The notes under the pieces: generated by a model | Told to the model about the DNA's origin: nothing | Databases searched by the model: none | The model's input: the letters and a program-made list of their open reading frames with translations, nothing else | Position numbers and translations under genes: made by a program | Source: Haliotis cracherodii | Taxonomy: Eukaryota | Length of the DNA: 64,000 nucleotides | Reading direction: 5' to 3' | NCBI RefSeq assembly: GCF_022045235.1 | Contig: NW_027266341.1 | Coordinates: forward strand, 35,340,001 to 35,404,000 | Shown here: positions 1-12,459 of the stretch, piece after piece | Numbering within the stretch: the first letter of the stretch is position 1 | Layout: the number at the start of each line of letters is the position of its first letter

Positions 1-43
1 TTCGGGGTAGAATACTGAACTACAACAGTGATGATGCATCATT

Positions 44-444
44 CAGAGCTCCAGATAAGCTGCGTATCTGCGTAAAACACGCATCACAAATGCAGAAATA
101 CGCAGTAAAATAAAATCCAAGCTTATCAAATACGCAACGACAGATACGCTACAAAAATAAAACTTGTGTGTATCATCAAAATATTGTGAAGTAACCCTGC
201 ATATTCGATTAGCAAATCAGCAACTTATTTTGAAATTATAAACGGGCATTCCGTTTAAAGCTCTCGAACCCACACGAAACCATTTTGCAGGGCCTAGATG
301 AATAGTGTTTTTAAATATTTAACTTAAATACCCACATGTTTAAAAACTAGTGGGTAACTGGAATTTGAATACCGGATAGAATTACTGATACCCAATGATT
401 TTTAAATGCATGGGTAAAATACCAAAAGCTTATCTGGAGCTCTG
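44..444. mobile_element. MITE-like non-autonomous DNA transposon
   Basis: 18-bp terminal inverted repeat CAGAGCTCCAGATAAGCT (44-61) / AGCTTATCTGGAGCTCTG (427-444), flanked by direct repeat ATCATT; no coding capacity. Confidence 0.7.
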
Positions 445-629
445 ATCATTGGTGATATATGGATGTTAACTAACCTGGGGTGAACCTGCGTTACAGTGTA
501 ACCCATGTGATGGAGGTTGTGATGTTTTCTACTGCTTGGCTGAAGACAGGACATGCTGAAGTAGAAATGTTGATGCAGGTTTGTGAAGTGATAATGCTGG
601 TATGTTAACCATGCATTACGACTGGTGTA

Positions 630-1095
630 AATCTGATTCTGCTGAGGTATAACATGCTGCAGGGGTATACAACGTGATTCTGCTGAGGTATAATATGCTG
701 CAGGGGTATACAACGTGATTCTGCTGAGGTATAACATGCTGCAGGGGTAGATGACATGATCCTGCTGAGGTATAAACATGCTGCAGGGGTAGATGACATG
801 ATCCTGCTGAGGTATAACATGCTGCAGGGGTAGATGACATGATCCTGCTGAGGTATAACATGCTGCAGGGGTATATGACATAATTCTGCTGAGGTATAAC
901 ATGCTGCAGGGGTATATGACATAATTCTGCTGAGGTATAACATGCTGCAGGGGTAGATGACATGATCCTGCTGAGGTATAAACATGCTGCAGGGGAAGAA
1001 AACATGATCCTGCTGAGGTATAAACATGCTGCAGGGGTAGATGACATGATCCTGCTGAGGTATAAACACGCTGCTGGGGTATACAACATGATCCT
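630..1095. repeat. 41-42 bp minisatellite
   Basis: Unit CTGCTGAGGTATAACATGCTGCAGGGGTAGATGACATGATC, about 11 copies. Confidence 0.95.
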
Positions 1096-1210
1096 AATCT
1101 CTTAAATCAATATCTTTGCGCTCGCGATTTTTAACGCCGTTCGTGTAGCAGTAGCGAGCACTAAGACCTGAATTAAATTACCAATACTGGATGCAAAGGC
1201 GTCGTCCAGA

Positions 1211-2340
1211 AGTGAAAACTGTAATTCCGAGAGGTGTAAACGAGCCCTGTAAGGGTGAAAACTGTAATTCCGCGAGGTGTAAACGAGCCCTGTAAGGGTG
1301 AAAACTGTAATTCCGAGAGGAGTAAACGAGCCCTGTAAGGGTGAAAACTGTAATTCCGCGAGATGTAAACGAGCCCTGTAAGGGTGAAAACTGTAATTCC
1401 GCGAGGTGTAAACGAGCCCTGTAAGGGTGAAAACTGTAATTCCGAGAGGAGTAAACGAGCCCTGTAAGGGTGAAAACTGTAATTCCGCGAGGTGTAAACG
1501 AGCCCTGTATGGGTGAAAACTGTAATTCCGCGAGGTGTAAACGAGCCCTGTAGGGGTGAAAACTGTAATTCCGCGAGGTGTAAACGAGCCCTGTAAGGGT
1601 GAAAACTGTAATTCCGCGAGGTGTAAACGAGCCCCGTAGGGGTGAAAACTTTAATTCCGCGAGGTGTAAACGAGCCCTGTAGGGGTGAAAACTGTAATTC
1701 CGCGAGGTGTAAACGAGCCCTGTAAGGGTGAAAACTGTAATTCCGCGAGGTGTAAACGAGCCCTGTATGGGTGAAAACTGTAATTCCGCGAGGTGTAAAC
1801 GAGCCCTGTAGGGGTGAAAACTGTAATTCCGAGAGGTGTAAAAGAGCCCTGTAAGGGTGAAAACTGTAATTCCGCGAGGTGTAAACGAGCCCTGTAAGGG
1901 TGAAAACTGTAATTCCCAGAGGTGTAAACGAGCCCTGTATGGGTGAAAACTGTAATTCCACGAGGTGTAAACGAGCCCTGTATGGGTGAAAACTGTAATT
2001 CCGCGAGGTGTAAACGAGCCCTGTAGGGGTGAAAACTGTAATTCCGCGAGGTGTAAAAGAGCCCTGTAAGGGTGAAAACTGTAATTCCGCGAGGTGTAAA
2101 CGAACCCTGTAGGGGTGAAAACTGTAATTCCGCGAGGTGTAAACGAGCCCTGTAGGGGTGAAAACTGTAATTCCCAGAGGTGTAAACGAGCCCTGTAGGG
2201 GTGAAAACTGTAATTCCACGAGATGTAAACGAGCCCTGTAGGGGTGAAAACTGTAATTCCGCGAGGTGTAAACGAGCCCTGTAAGGGTGAAAACTGTAAT
2301 TCCGCGAGGTGTAAACGAGCCCTGAAGGATATAAACTGTT
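1211..2340. repeat. 43-bp minisatellite
   Basis: Unit GTGAAAACTGTAATTCCGCGAGGTGTAAACGAGCCCTGTAAGG, about 26 copies. Confidence 0.97.
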
Positions 2341-2434
2341 ATCCTGCAGTGAATACACACTGCCAGAAAGGTGGTCAAATGTACAAAATGTTATATTTGG
2401 GATAACACGTTCTTTGTAAAGAACAGATTCTAGT

Positions 2435-2521
2435 CCTTTTGGGGGGTTGAGGCCTATCCGGGATTAGAACCCACACTGCCAATCGCCAGCACACAAGTCA
2501 GCGACCTGACCCACTCAGCTC
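2435..2521 (-). mobile_element. tRNA-like SINE head fragment (related copy near 55880-56000, + strand)
   Basis: Box A-like AGCTGAGTGG and box B-like GGGTTCTAATCCC; similar to the 55882-55980 segment. Confidence 0.5.
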
Positions 2522-3438
2522 TGAACACACATATACAGTGTGAACTGAAGGCGGGGACTGTCAGCCAAGCGACAATAGGCTGTACAGAGTTTCACCAGAA
2601 GTATAAGTCGTCGGTTCAAATGTTTCTATGTGTACAAAATGTATAGTAAATGTCTCCTCCACTTCTGGCGTTCTTACCACATCCGCATTGATATAATGAT
2701 ATTTGACATACGGTTCAAAGCAGTATCAATGCTGTGTAAACAGCAACTGTAGGACGTGTTATCCTGCTGGGGCTTAAACGGTAGACAACTATACTGCTGG
2801 TGATTAAGTATAGGAGAAAACACGCCTCCGAGATTTTGTTTGACAATGTAAACACGAGGGAGACGGAGTACCCGACATTTTCAACCAAAACCGAGGGATA
2901 GTGTTCTCTCTGGCTTATAAACCGTCAAAAGGGTTTAATTTAAACAAAATATCCAGTTTGGCGCGTTATAACGAGACAGTTGTAAAGCCTGTTCAAGTAT
3001 ACGACTGTTGGTAAAAGCAGTCGCTGCACGAGAAATTGTTGAAAATGTAAAACTGCGAACCAGAACAGAGTGTTTTATCCAACTTAGGAATCGTCTAAAT
3101 GTAAGAAATACCAGAAAAAATCGGGATATCATTTAGTGAAACAATACAGTGTGTAGCGATATAGATGGAATTCGATCAAAGCGTGCGAGAGAAAGACCAC
3201 GTGCAGCATGCAGCACGAACTGAAGACATGACAAGTAAAATTGAATAACTTTTCATGACCTGCCCCGGTGGCTCATGGGAAAAATGGGTTACAAAACTCA
3301 ACACGATATGTTAGGCGAAACTGTTATAATACGGTGTACTCCATCTTTATCGCTTTAAAAAAAAAAGATCCATCTGATCACACTTTTGACATCTATCTAG
3401 TTGTTAAACCAAACCATATGATCGGTCTCCAATTTTAA

Positions 3439-3670
3439 ACCCGTGAAGGTCCGGGTTAGAATATGTCTTCAGCAACTGTCGTAGGAGGGGACTAACGAGA
3501 TCGGGTGGTCACGCTCGCTGACTTGGTTGATGCATGTCATCATATCCAAAGTGCGTAGATCGATGCTCATAATGTCAATCACTGGATTGTCTGGCCCAGA
3601 CTCGATTATTTACAGGCCCCCGTCATATAGCTGGAATACTGCGAAGTGCGGCGTTAAACAACAAACAAGA
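3439..3670 (+). mobile_element. SINE-like family B (no tRNA head, (ACAA)n tail)
   Basis: ACCCGTGAAG...GACTAACG.GATCGGGTGGTC...GCTGGAATA.TGC.AAGTGCGGCGTTAAACAACAAAC; about 15 copies or fragments in the window. Confidence 0.8.
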
Positions 3671-3992
3671 CAAAAAATATAATAAAAATAAATCAACTTT
3701 TATCTTATTTCTATTTGCCATATTTTGTTTTGTAATAACATGAAATCATGCTTCAGCACCCGAAAACAAATTCACACGTCTAGAGACAGTGTTTCACTAA
3801 AATGTAAGCATAATATTTGGGCTTTACAGCACTTAAAAGAGGCCATTGTTAATTTATATGTTGATCAGTTGTGTCATGGACGTCGTCAATTAAATGCAAG
3901 GAGCTACATACAGCCCTGTAGTTGATGATGATGATTTTTGATATTGTGAAGATATTCTGAAGTTGATATTCTGATTGATATTCTGAAGTTGC

Positions 3993-4200
3993 CTAATACA
4001 TAAGATCGATCAGTTTCAGGAACTCCTCATAGTCGAGTTTTTGGTCTCCATCTTTGTCAACCCGAGCTATGAGTCGCTTCGCTTTATCCTCAGCTATTGG
4101 CGTGTCCCCAGTCGTCAGAATCCGTGACAATTCATCTGCGGATAAGAGGCCATCCTTGTTTGTGTCTGCCATTGTGAAGAGGCGTCTCAGGTTGGCACAT
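3993..4200 (-). CDS. Calmodulin-like EF-hand protein paralogue 1, exon 3 (EF3 and EF4, stop)
   Basis: Acceptor TTCCAG at 4201-4206, phase 2; (K)CANLRRLFTMADTNKDGLLSADE...VDKDGDQKLDYEEFLKLIDLMY*; two EF-hand loops. Confidence 0.92.
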
Positions 4201-4260
4201 CTGGAATTGCAGCAGAATAGTTTAAAATTATGAGGTAACATTTGTATTTCGTAGACGGAT

Positions 4261-4435
4261 GGACCGCCTCCGTTCCCGCGTCGTACCAAAAGACGTTAAA
4301 ATGTGGTACTTGTTGTCACCCTGTCTGGCGCTCGACATTAAGGGGATAAATGGATTGGTCGGCTCGGACACACACACACACACACACACACACAATAATC
4401 TTGGACGCGACGTTAAACCCAATTTCAGACCACCC
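4261..4435 (+). mobile_element. SINE family D fragment (Meta-domain-like body)
   Basis: CGTCGTACCAAAAGACGTTAAAATGTGGTAC...GCGCTCGACATTAAGGGG; matches the full copy at 58120-58451. Confidence 0.65.
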
Positions 4436-4711
4436 CGTTGTGAGATGGCGGTGATACTGACGAATTGTGATTGACATAAATCAATACATTTTGATGATAT
4501 AATTATTATATGTATTTATTTACCAATAACATCATTACATTTCCTCACCTTTCCACGTATTAATTCCTAGAGGTCCCAGGTTTGGCGTTTGGTGAGTAAC
4601 AATTTGACTTTTCCGATTCAAATATTGTGTGATTATACCATTACCTGTTAGCGTCACGCGAGACGGAAGATATCGTGATTCAAATGCTTGTTAAAATGTT
4701 GATACACCAGC

Positions 4712-5690
4712 ACTTACTTCCTTTTCGTGGGCGTTATAGTTGGCATGGCCACACGGAGCTCACTAACACTGTAGGGGAACACTTACATCCATTCTGTGGG
4801 CGCTATATGGTTGGCATGGCCACACGGAGCTCACTAACACTGTAGGGGAACACTTACATCCATTCTGTGGGCGCTATGGTTGGCATGGCCACACGGAGCT
4901 CACTAACACTGTAGGGGAACACTTACATCCATTCTGTGGGCGCTATAGTTGGCATGGCCACACGGAGCTCACTAACACTGTAGGGGAACACTTACATCCA
5001 TTCTGTGGGCGCAATATGGTTGGCATGGCCACACCGAGCTCACTAACACTGTAGGAGAACACTTACATCCATTCTGTGGGCGCTATGGTTGGCATGGCCA
5101 CACGGAGCTCACTAACACTGTAGGGGAACACTTACATCCATTCTGTGGGCGCTATATGGTTGGCATGGCCACACGGAGCTCACTAACACTGTAGGGGAAC
5201 ACTTACATCCATTCTGTGGGCGCTATAGTTGGCATGGCCACACGGAGCTCACTAACACTGTATGGGAACACTTACATCCATTCTGTGGGCGCTATGGTTG
5301 CCATGGCCACACGGAGCTCACTAACACTGTAGGGGAACACTTACATCCATTCTGTGGGCGCTATATGGTTGGCATGGCCACACGGAGCTCACTAACACTG
5401 TAGGGGAACACTTACATCCATTCTGTGGGCGCTATGGTTGGCATGGCCACACGGAGCTCACTAACACTGTAGGGGAACACTTACATCCATTCTGTGGGCC
5501 CTATATGGTTGGCATGGCCACACGGAGCTCACTAACACTGTAGGGACACACTTAGTTCCTCTCTGTGGGTCCTATATGGTTGGCATGGCCACAAAAAAAC
5601 TCACTAACACTGTAGGAGGGTACTAACTTCCTCTCTGTGGGCGCTATGGTTGGCATGGCGACAAGGAGCTCACTAACACTGTAGGGGAAC
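4712..5690 (-). repeat. 69/71-bp tandem array derived from exon 2 3' end plus splice donor (intron 2 of paralogue 1)
   Basis: 14 units. Minus-strand unit gtaagtgttcccctacag-TGTTAGTGAGCTCCGTGTGGCCATGCCAACCATAGCGCCCACAGAATGGAT is homologous to exon 2 ...GAGTTCCTGGCCGCCATGCCATCCATAGCGCCCACAGAGAGGAA|gtaagt. Confidence 0.93.
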
Positions 5691-7275
5691 ACTTACTTCC
5701 TCTCTGTACTCACTAACACTGTAGGGGAACACTTACTTCCTCTCTGTACTCACTAACACTGTAGGGGAACACTTACTTCCTCTCTGTACTCACTAACACT
5801 GTAGGGGAACACTTACTTCCTCTCTGTACTCACTAACACTGTAGGGGAACACTTACTTCCTCTCTGTACTCACTAACACTGTAGGAGGGTACTTACTTCC
5901 TCTCTATACTCACTAACACTGTAGGGGAACACTTACTTCCTCTCTGTACTCACTAGCACTGTAGGGGAACACTTACTTCCTCTCTGTACTCACTAACACT
6001 GTAGGAGGGTACTTACTTCCTCTCTGTACTCACTAACACTGTAGGGGAACACTTACTTCCTCTCTGTACTCACTAACACTGTAGGAGGGTACTTACTTCC
6101 TCTCTGTACTCACTAACACTGTAGGAGGGTACTTACTTCCTCTCTATACTCACTAACACTGTATGGGAACACTTACTTCCTCTCTATACTCACTAACACT
6201 GTAGGGGAACACTTACTTCCTCTCTATACTCACTAACACTGTAGGAGGGTACTTACTTCCTCTCTATACTCACTAACACTGTAGGGGAACACTTACTTCC
6301 TCTCTATACTCACTAACACTGTAGGGGAACACTTACTTCCTCTCTGTACTCACTGACACTGTAGGGGAACACTTACTTCCTCTCTATACTCACTAACACT
6401 GTAGGGGAACACTTACTTCCTCTCTATACTCACTAACACTGTAGGGGAACACTTACTTCCTCTCTGTACTCACTAACACTGTAGGGGAACACTTACTTCC
6501 TCTCTGTACTCACTAACACTGTAGGGGAACACTTACTTCCTCTCTGTACTCACTAACACTGTAGGGGAACACTTACTTCCTCTCTGTACTCACTAACACT
6601 GTAGGGGAACACTTACTTCCTCTCTGTACTCACTAACACTGTAGGGGAACACTTACTTCCTCTCTATACTCACTAACACTGTAGGGGAACACTTACTTCC
6701 TCTCTATACTCACTAACACTGTAGGGGAACACTTACTTCCTCTCTGTACTCACTAACACTGTAGGGGAACACTTACTTCCTCTCTATACTCACTAACACT
6801 GTAGGGGAACACTTACTTCCTCTCTGTACTCACTAACACTGTAGGGGAACACTTACTTCCTCTCTGTACTCACTAACACTGTAGGGGAACACTTACTTCC
6901 TCTCTGTACTCACTAACACTGTAGGGGAACACTTACTTCCTCTCTATACTCACTAACACTGTAGGAGGGTACTTACTTCCTCTCTATACTCACTAACACT
7001 GTAGGGGAACACTTACTTCCTCTCTATACTCACTAACACTGTAGGGGAACACTTACTTCCTCTCTGTACTCACTAACACTGTAGGGGAACACTTACTTCC
7101 TCTCTATACTCACTAACACTGTAGGGGAACACTTACTTCCTCTCTATACTCACTAACACTGTAGGGGAACACTTACTTCCTCTCTGTACTCACTAACACT
7201 GTAGGAGGGTACTTACTTCCTCTCTGTACTCACTAACACTGTAGGGGAACACTTACTTCCTCTCTGTACTCACTA

Positions 7276-7450
7276 GGGGCGGTCGGGTAGCCTAGTGGTT
7301 AAAGCGTTCGCTCGTCACGCCGAAGACCCAGGTTCAATTCCCGACATGGGTACAATGTGTGAAACCCATTTCTGGTGTCCCCCGCCGTGATATTGCTGGA
7401 ATATTGCTAAAAGCGGCGTAAAACCATACTCACTCACTCACTCACTCACT
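7276..7450 (+). mobile_element. tRNA-derived SINE family A inserted in the satellite
   Basis: Box A TAGCCTAGTGG, box B GGTTCAATTCC, GTC anticodon-like loop (tRNA-Asp-like), (ACTC)n tail, TSD about TGTACTCACTA. Confidence 0.92.
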
Positions 7451-9260
7451 GTACTCACTAACACTGTAGGGGAACACTTGCTTCCTCTCTATACTCACTA
7501 ACACTGTAGGGGAACACTTACTTCCTCTCTGTACTCACTAACACTGTAGGGGAACACTTACTTCCTCTCTGTACTCACTAACACTGTAGGGGAACACTTA
7601 CTTCCTCTCTATACTCACTAACACTGTAGGGGAACACTTACTTCCTCTCTGTACTCACTAACACTGTAGGGGAACACTTACTTCCTCTCTATACTCACTA
7701 ACACTGTAGGAGGGTACTTACTTCCTCTCTATACTCACTAACACTGTAGGGGAACACTTACTTCCTCTCTATACTCACTAACACTGTAGGGGAACACTTA
7801 CTTCCTCTCTGTACTCACTAACACTGTAGGGGAACACTTACTTCCTCTCTGTACTCACTAACACTGTAGGAGGGTACTTACTTCCTCTCTATACTCACTA
7901 ACACTGTAGGGGAACACTTACTTCCTCTCTGTACTCACTAACACTGTAGGGGAACACTTACTTCCTCTCTGTACTCACTAACACTGTAGGAGGGTACTTA
8001 CTTCCTCTCTGTACTCACTAACACTGTAGGGGAACACTTACTTCCTCTCTGTACTCACTAACACTGTAGGAGGGTACTTACTTCCTCTCTGTACTCACTA
8101 ACACTGTAGGAGGGTACTTACTTCCTCTCTATACTCACTAACACTGTAGGGGAACACTTACTTCCTCTCTATACTCACTAACACTGTAGGGGAACACTTA
8201 CTTCCTCTCTATACTCACTAACACTGTAGGAGGGTACTTACTTCCTCTCTATACTCACTAACACTGTAGGGGAACACTTACTTCCTCTCTATACTCACTA
8301 ACACTGTAGGGGAACACTTACTTCCTCTCTGTACTCACTGACACTGTAGGGGAACACTTACTTCCTCTCTATACTCACTAACACTGTAGGGGAACACTTA
8401 CTTCCTCTCTATACTCACTAACACTGTAGGGGAACACTTACTTCCTCTCTGTACTCACTAACACTGTAGGGGAACACTTACTTCCTCTCTGTACTCACTA
8501 ACACTGTAGGGGAACACTTACTTCCTCTCTGTACTCACTAACACTGTAGGGGAACACTTACTTCCTCTCTGTACTCACTAACACTGTAGGGGAACACTTA
8601 CTTCCTCTCTGTACTCACTAACACTGTAGGGGAACACTTACTTCCTCTCTATACTCACTAACACTGTAGGGGAACACTTACTTCCTCTCTATACTCACTA
8701 ACACTGTAGGGGAACACTTACTTCCTCTCTGTACTCACTAACACTGTAGGGGAACACTTACTTCCTCTCTATACTCACTAACACTGTAGGGGAACACTTA
8801 CTTCCTCTCTGTACTCACTAACACTGTAGGGGAACACTTACTTCCTCTCTGTACTCACTAACACTGTAGGGGAACACTTACTTCCTCTCTGTACTCACTA
8901 ACACTGTAGGGGAACACTTACTTCCTCTCTATACTCACTAACACTGTAGGAGGGTACTTACTTCCTCTCTATACTCACTAACACTGTAGGGGAACACTTA
9001 CTTCCTCTCTATACTCACTAACACTGTAGGGGAACACTTACTTCCTCTCTGTACTCACTAACACTGTAGGGGAACACTTACTTCCTCTCTATACTCACTA
9101 ACACTGTAGGGGAACACTTACTTCCTCTCTATACTCACTAACACTGTAGGGGAACACTTACTTCCTCTCTGTACTCACTAACACTGTAGGAGGGTACTTA
9201 CTTCCTCTCTGTACTCACTAACACTGTAGGGGAACACTTACTTCCTCTCTGTACTCACTA

Positions 9261-9435
9261 GGGGCGGTCGGGTAGCCTAGTGGTTAAAGCGTTCGCTCGT
9301 CACGCCGAAGACCCAGGTTCAATTCCCGACATGGGTACAATGTGTGAAACCCATTTCTGGTGTCCCCCGCCGTGATATTGCTGGAATATTGCTAAAAGCG
9401 GCGTAAAACCATACTCACTCACTCACTCACTCACT
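9261..9435 (+). mobile_element. tRNA-derived SINE family A (duplicate of the 7276 copy)
   Basis: Same sequence and same insertion site as 7276-7450, offset 1985 bp. Confidence 0.92.
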
Positions 9436-11138
9436 GTACTCACTAACACTGTAGGGGAACACTTGCTTCCTCTCTATACTCACTAACACTGTAGGGGAAC
9501 ACTTACTTCCTCTCTGTACTCACTAACACTGTAGGGGAACACTTACTTCCTCTCTGTACTCACTAACACTGTAGGGGAACACTTACTTCCTCTCTATACT
9601 CACTAACACTGTAGGGGAACACTTACTTCCTCTCTGTACTCACTAACACTGTAGGGGAACACTTACTTCCTCTCTATACTCACTAACACTGTAGGAGGGT
9701 ACTTACTTCCTCTCTATACTCACTAACACTGTAGGGGAACACTTACTTCCTCTCTATACTCACTAACACTGTAGGGGAACACTTACTTCCTCTCTATACT
9801 CACTAACACTGTAGGGGAACACTTACTTCCTCTCTATACTCACTAACACTGTAGGAGGGTACTTACTTCCTCTCTATACTCACTAACACTGTAGGGGAAC
9901 ACTTACTTCCTCTCTATACTCACTAACACTGTAGGGGAACACTTACTTCCTCTATGTACTCACTAACACTGTAGGGGAACACTTACTTCCTCTCTATACT
10001 CACTAACACTGTAGGGGAACACTTACTTCCTCTCTGTACTCACTAACACTGTAGGGGAACACTTACTTCCTCTCTATACTCACTAACACTGTAGGAGGGT
10101 ACTTACTTCCTCTCTATACTCACTAACACTGTAGGGGAACACTTACTTCCTCTCTATACTCACTAACACTGTAGGGGAACACTTACTTCCTCTCTATACT
10201 CACTAACACTGTAGGGGAACACTTACTTCCTCTCTGTACTCACTAACACTGTAGGGGAACACTTACTTCCTCTCTATACTCACTAACACTGTAGGAGGGT
10301 ACTTACTTCCTCTCTATACTCACTAACACTGTAGGGGAACACTTACTTCCTCTCTATACTCACTAACACTGTAGGGGAACACTTACTTCCTCTCTGTACT
10401 CACTAACACTGTAGGGGAACACTTACTTCCTCTCTATACTCACTAACACTGTAGGGGAACACTTACTTCCTCTCTATACTCACTAACACTGTAGGGGAAC
10501 ACTTACTTCCTCTCTGTACTCACTAACACTGTAGGAGGGTACTTACTTCCTCTCTGTACTCACTAACACTGTAGGGGAACACTTACTTCCTCTCAGTACT
10601 CACTAACACTGTAGGGGAACACTTACTTCCTCTCTATACTCACTAACACTGTAGGGGAACACTTACTTCCTCTCTGTACTCACTAACACTGTAGGAGGGT
10701 ACTTACTTCCTCTCTGTACTCACTAACACTGTAGGGGAACACTTACTTCCTCTCTGTACTCACTAACACTGTAGGGGAACACTTACTTCCTCTCTGTACT
10801 CACTAACACTGTAGGGGAACACTTACTTCCTCTCTGTACTCACTAACACTGTAGGGGAACACTTACTTCCTCTCTGTACTCACTAACACTGTAGGGGAAC
10901 ACTTACTTCCTCTCTATACTCACTAACACTGTAGGGGAACACTTACTTCCTCTCTATACTCACTAACACTGTAGGGGAACACTTACTTCCTCTCTGTACT
11001 CACTAACACTGTAGGGGAACACTTACTTCCTCTCTGTACTCACTAACACTGTAGGGGAACACTTACTTCCTCTCTGTACTCACTAACACTGTAGGGGAAC
11101 ACTTACTTCCTCTCTATACTCACTAACACTGTACTTAC

Positions 11139-11233
11139 TTCCTCTCTTTGGGCTCGATTTGTGGCATGGCAGCCAGAAACTCGTCCAAGGTCACCTTCAA
11201 GTTCTTGTCTGTATCCAACGAGTTGAACAGGGA
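11139..11233 (-). CDS. Calmodulin-like paralogue 1, exon 2 (EF2 and linker)
   Basis: CTACAG|95 nt|GTAAGT; SLFNSLDTDKNLKVTLDEFLAAMPQIEPKER(K); same length and phase as in paralogues 2 and 3; not in the ORF track. Confidence 0.92.
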
Positions 11234-11925
11234 CTGTAGTCAGAAGATATTTCAGTGAACCACAAGTTTGTATCCTTGGTACGATGGATGAGTGAGTGAG
11301 TGAGTGAGTGAGTGAGTGAGTGAGTGAGTGAGGGGCCGACTATTTGATTTTCTCGACTGATATCATGTTTGGATACTGAATAGGTTTTTTTCAGCTACAG
11401 CTGCAAAACCAGATATATTGGTTTTACAATTAAAACTATGAGCTGAAATGTTGTTTTTTCAAAAAACATCTTGCAACAATGTATTTATTTTCTGTATTTT
11501 TCAACAGTCTTAACCATAACATTTTCAAGCGACTTATTTTTTCGATAAACTCCCACCCTCCTCGAATTATTTCGTTTGATTGGTCGGTAAAATGTTTTGG
11601 AAATCAAGAGCGGGTGTCTTGAGATCGCGAGAACCATGTAGGAGAATCCAGAAGTTTGTGTAGGTTTACCGAAATGCGAGTAGAGCAGAGGAGAAACCCT
11701 CATCAGTGCTATCAGTAAAAATTAATAAAACAACTTTTAGTGTCAAAATATCACAAAATAACAAAAGACATGAAAAAATGAAAAGGGAATAATAGACAGA
11801 ATTAAGGAGCCTTTGGCATATGAAAATTGAGCACTTAATTGTAGAGCAAGAATCAAGGGAGAGAATACTTGAAAAACGAACTTGATGACACAGAACAGTG
11901 ATGACTGGGATTACTCTATTCTGAT

Positions 11926-12082
11926 GGGGCGGTCGGGTAGCCTAGTGGTTTAGCGTTCGATCGTCACGCCGAAAACCCGGGTTCGATTCCCAACATGTGT
12001 GAAGCCCATTTCTGGTGTCCCCCGCCGTGACATTGCTGGAATATTGCTAAAAGCGGCGTAATGTCAAACTCACTCACTCACT
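11926..12082 (+). mobile_element. SINE family A
   Basis: A/B boxes, (ACTC)n tail, TSD about TTCTGAT. Confidence 0.88.
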
Positions 12083-12459
12083 GTTCTGATGATGTTCTGA
12101 TGATGAGGTTTTGTTGATGTAACATCCAGCTATGACACTGAGGGAGATAGTGATATTGTTAAAAACCACTGTGTCGATGTGCAAGCCATTGTGGTTTTTG
12201 GTGTCTACAAAATTGTTAACCCCCTGTTACATTTGAACAAAATTGCTGACCCCACCATCTCCCCCGCATAAACTTGTGACCCCCTAAAACTCTTCACCAC
12301 CCGAGCCGTTAATTATCAACATCCCTTATCTTGAATGTACCGATATCGCTGACCTATTATTAACCTAACATAATATCCGGTACCGAGTGCTTCACTATAT
12401 AATATATGTAAATTGCCTGCGTATCTCGAATTCGAGATAAAAAATACATAGCGCTACTT

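Larger units (their letters stand above)
5691..11138 (-). repeat. 40-bp satellite containing the exon 2 splice donor (GAGGAA|GTAAGT)
   Basis: Plus-strand unit ACTTACTTCCTCTCTGTACTCACTAACACTGTAGGGGAAC, about 125-130 copies; abuts exon 2; an internal-deletion derivative of the 69-bp unit. Confidence 0.96.

Noticed and set aside
402-2378. Long repetitive ORFs (154-401 aa)
   Set aside because: They are translations of 41-43 bp minisatellites, open in several frames, with no gene features.
4201-4289. N-terminal extensions of EF-hand ORFs in the track (also 22879-23040 and 35055-35231)
   Set aside because: Intronic or upstream sequence; splice sites and paralogue alignment define the real exon limits.
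7276-7350. tRNA-Asp gene (and similar heads elsewhere)
   Set aside because: Continues into a SINE body with tail and TSD, and the anticodon stem is broken; a SINE head, not a tRNA gene.
4712-11138. CRISPR-like array
   Set aside because: No unique spacers, no cas genes, eukaryotic intron context.
5691-11138. Canonical recursive-splicing (ratchet) sites
   Set aside because: These need AG immediately followed by GT. Here AG and GTAAGT are 22 nt apart, and TTAGTGAGT has overlapping rather than adjacent dinucleotides.
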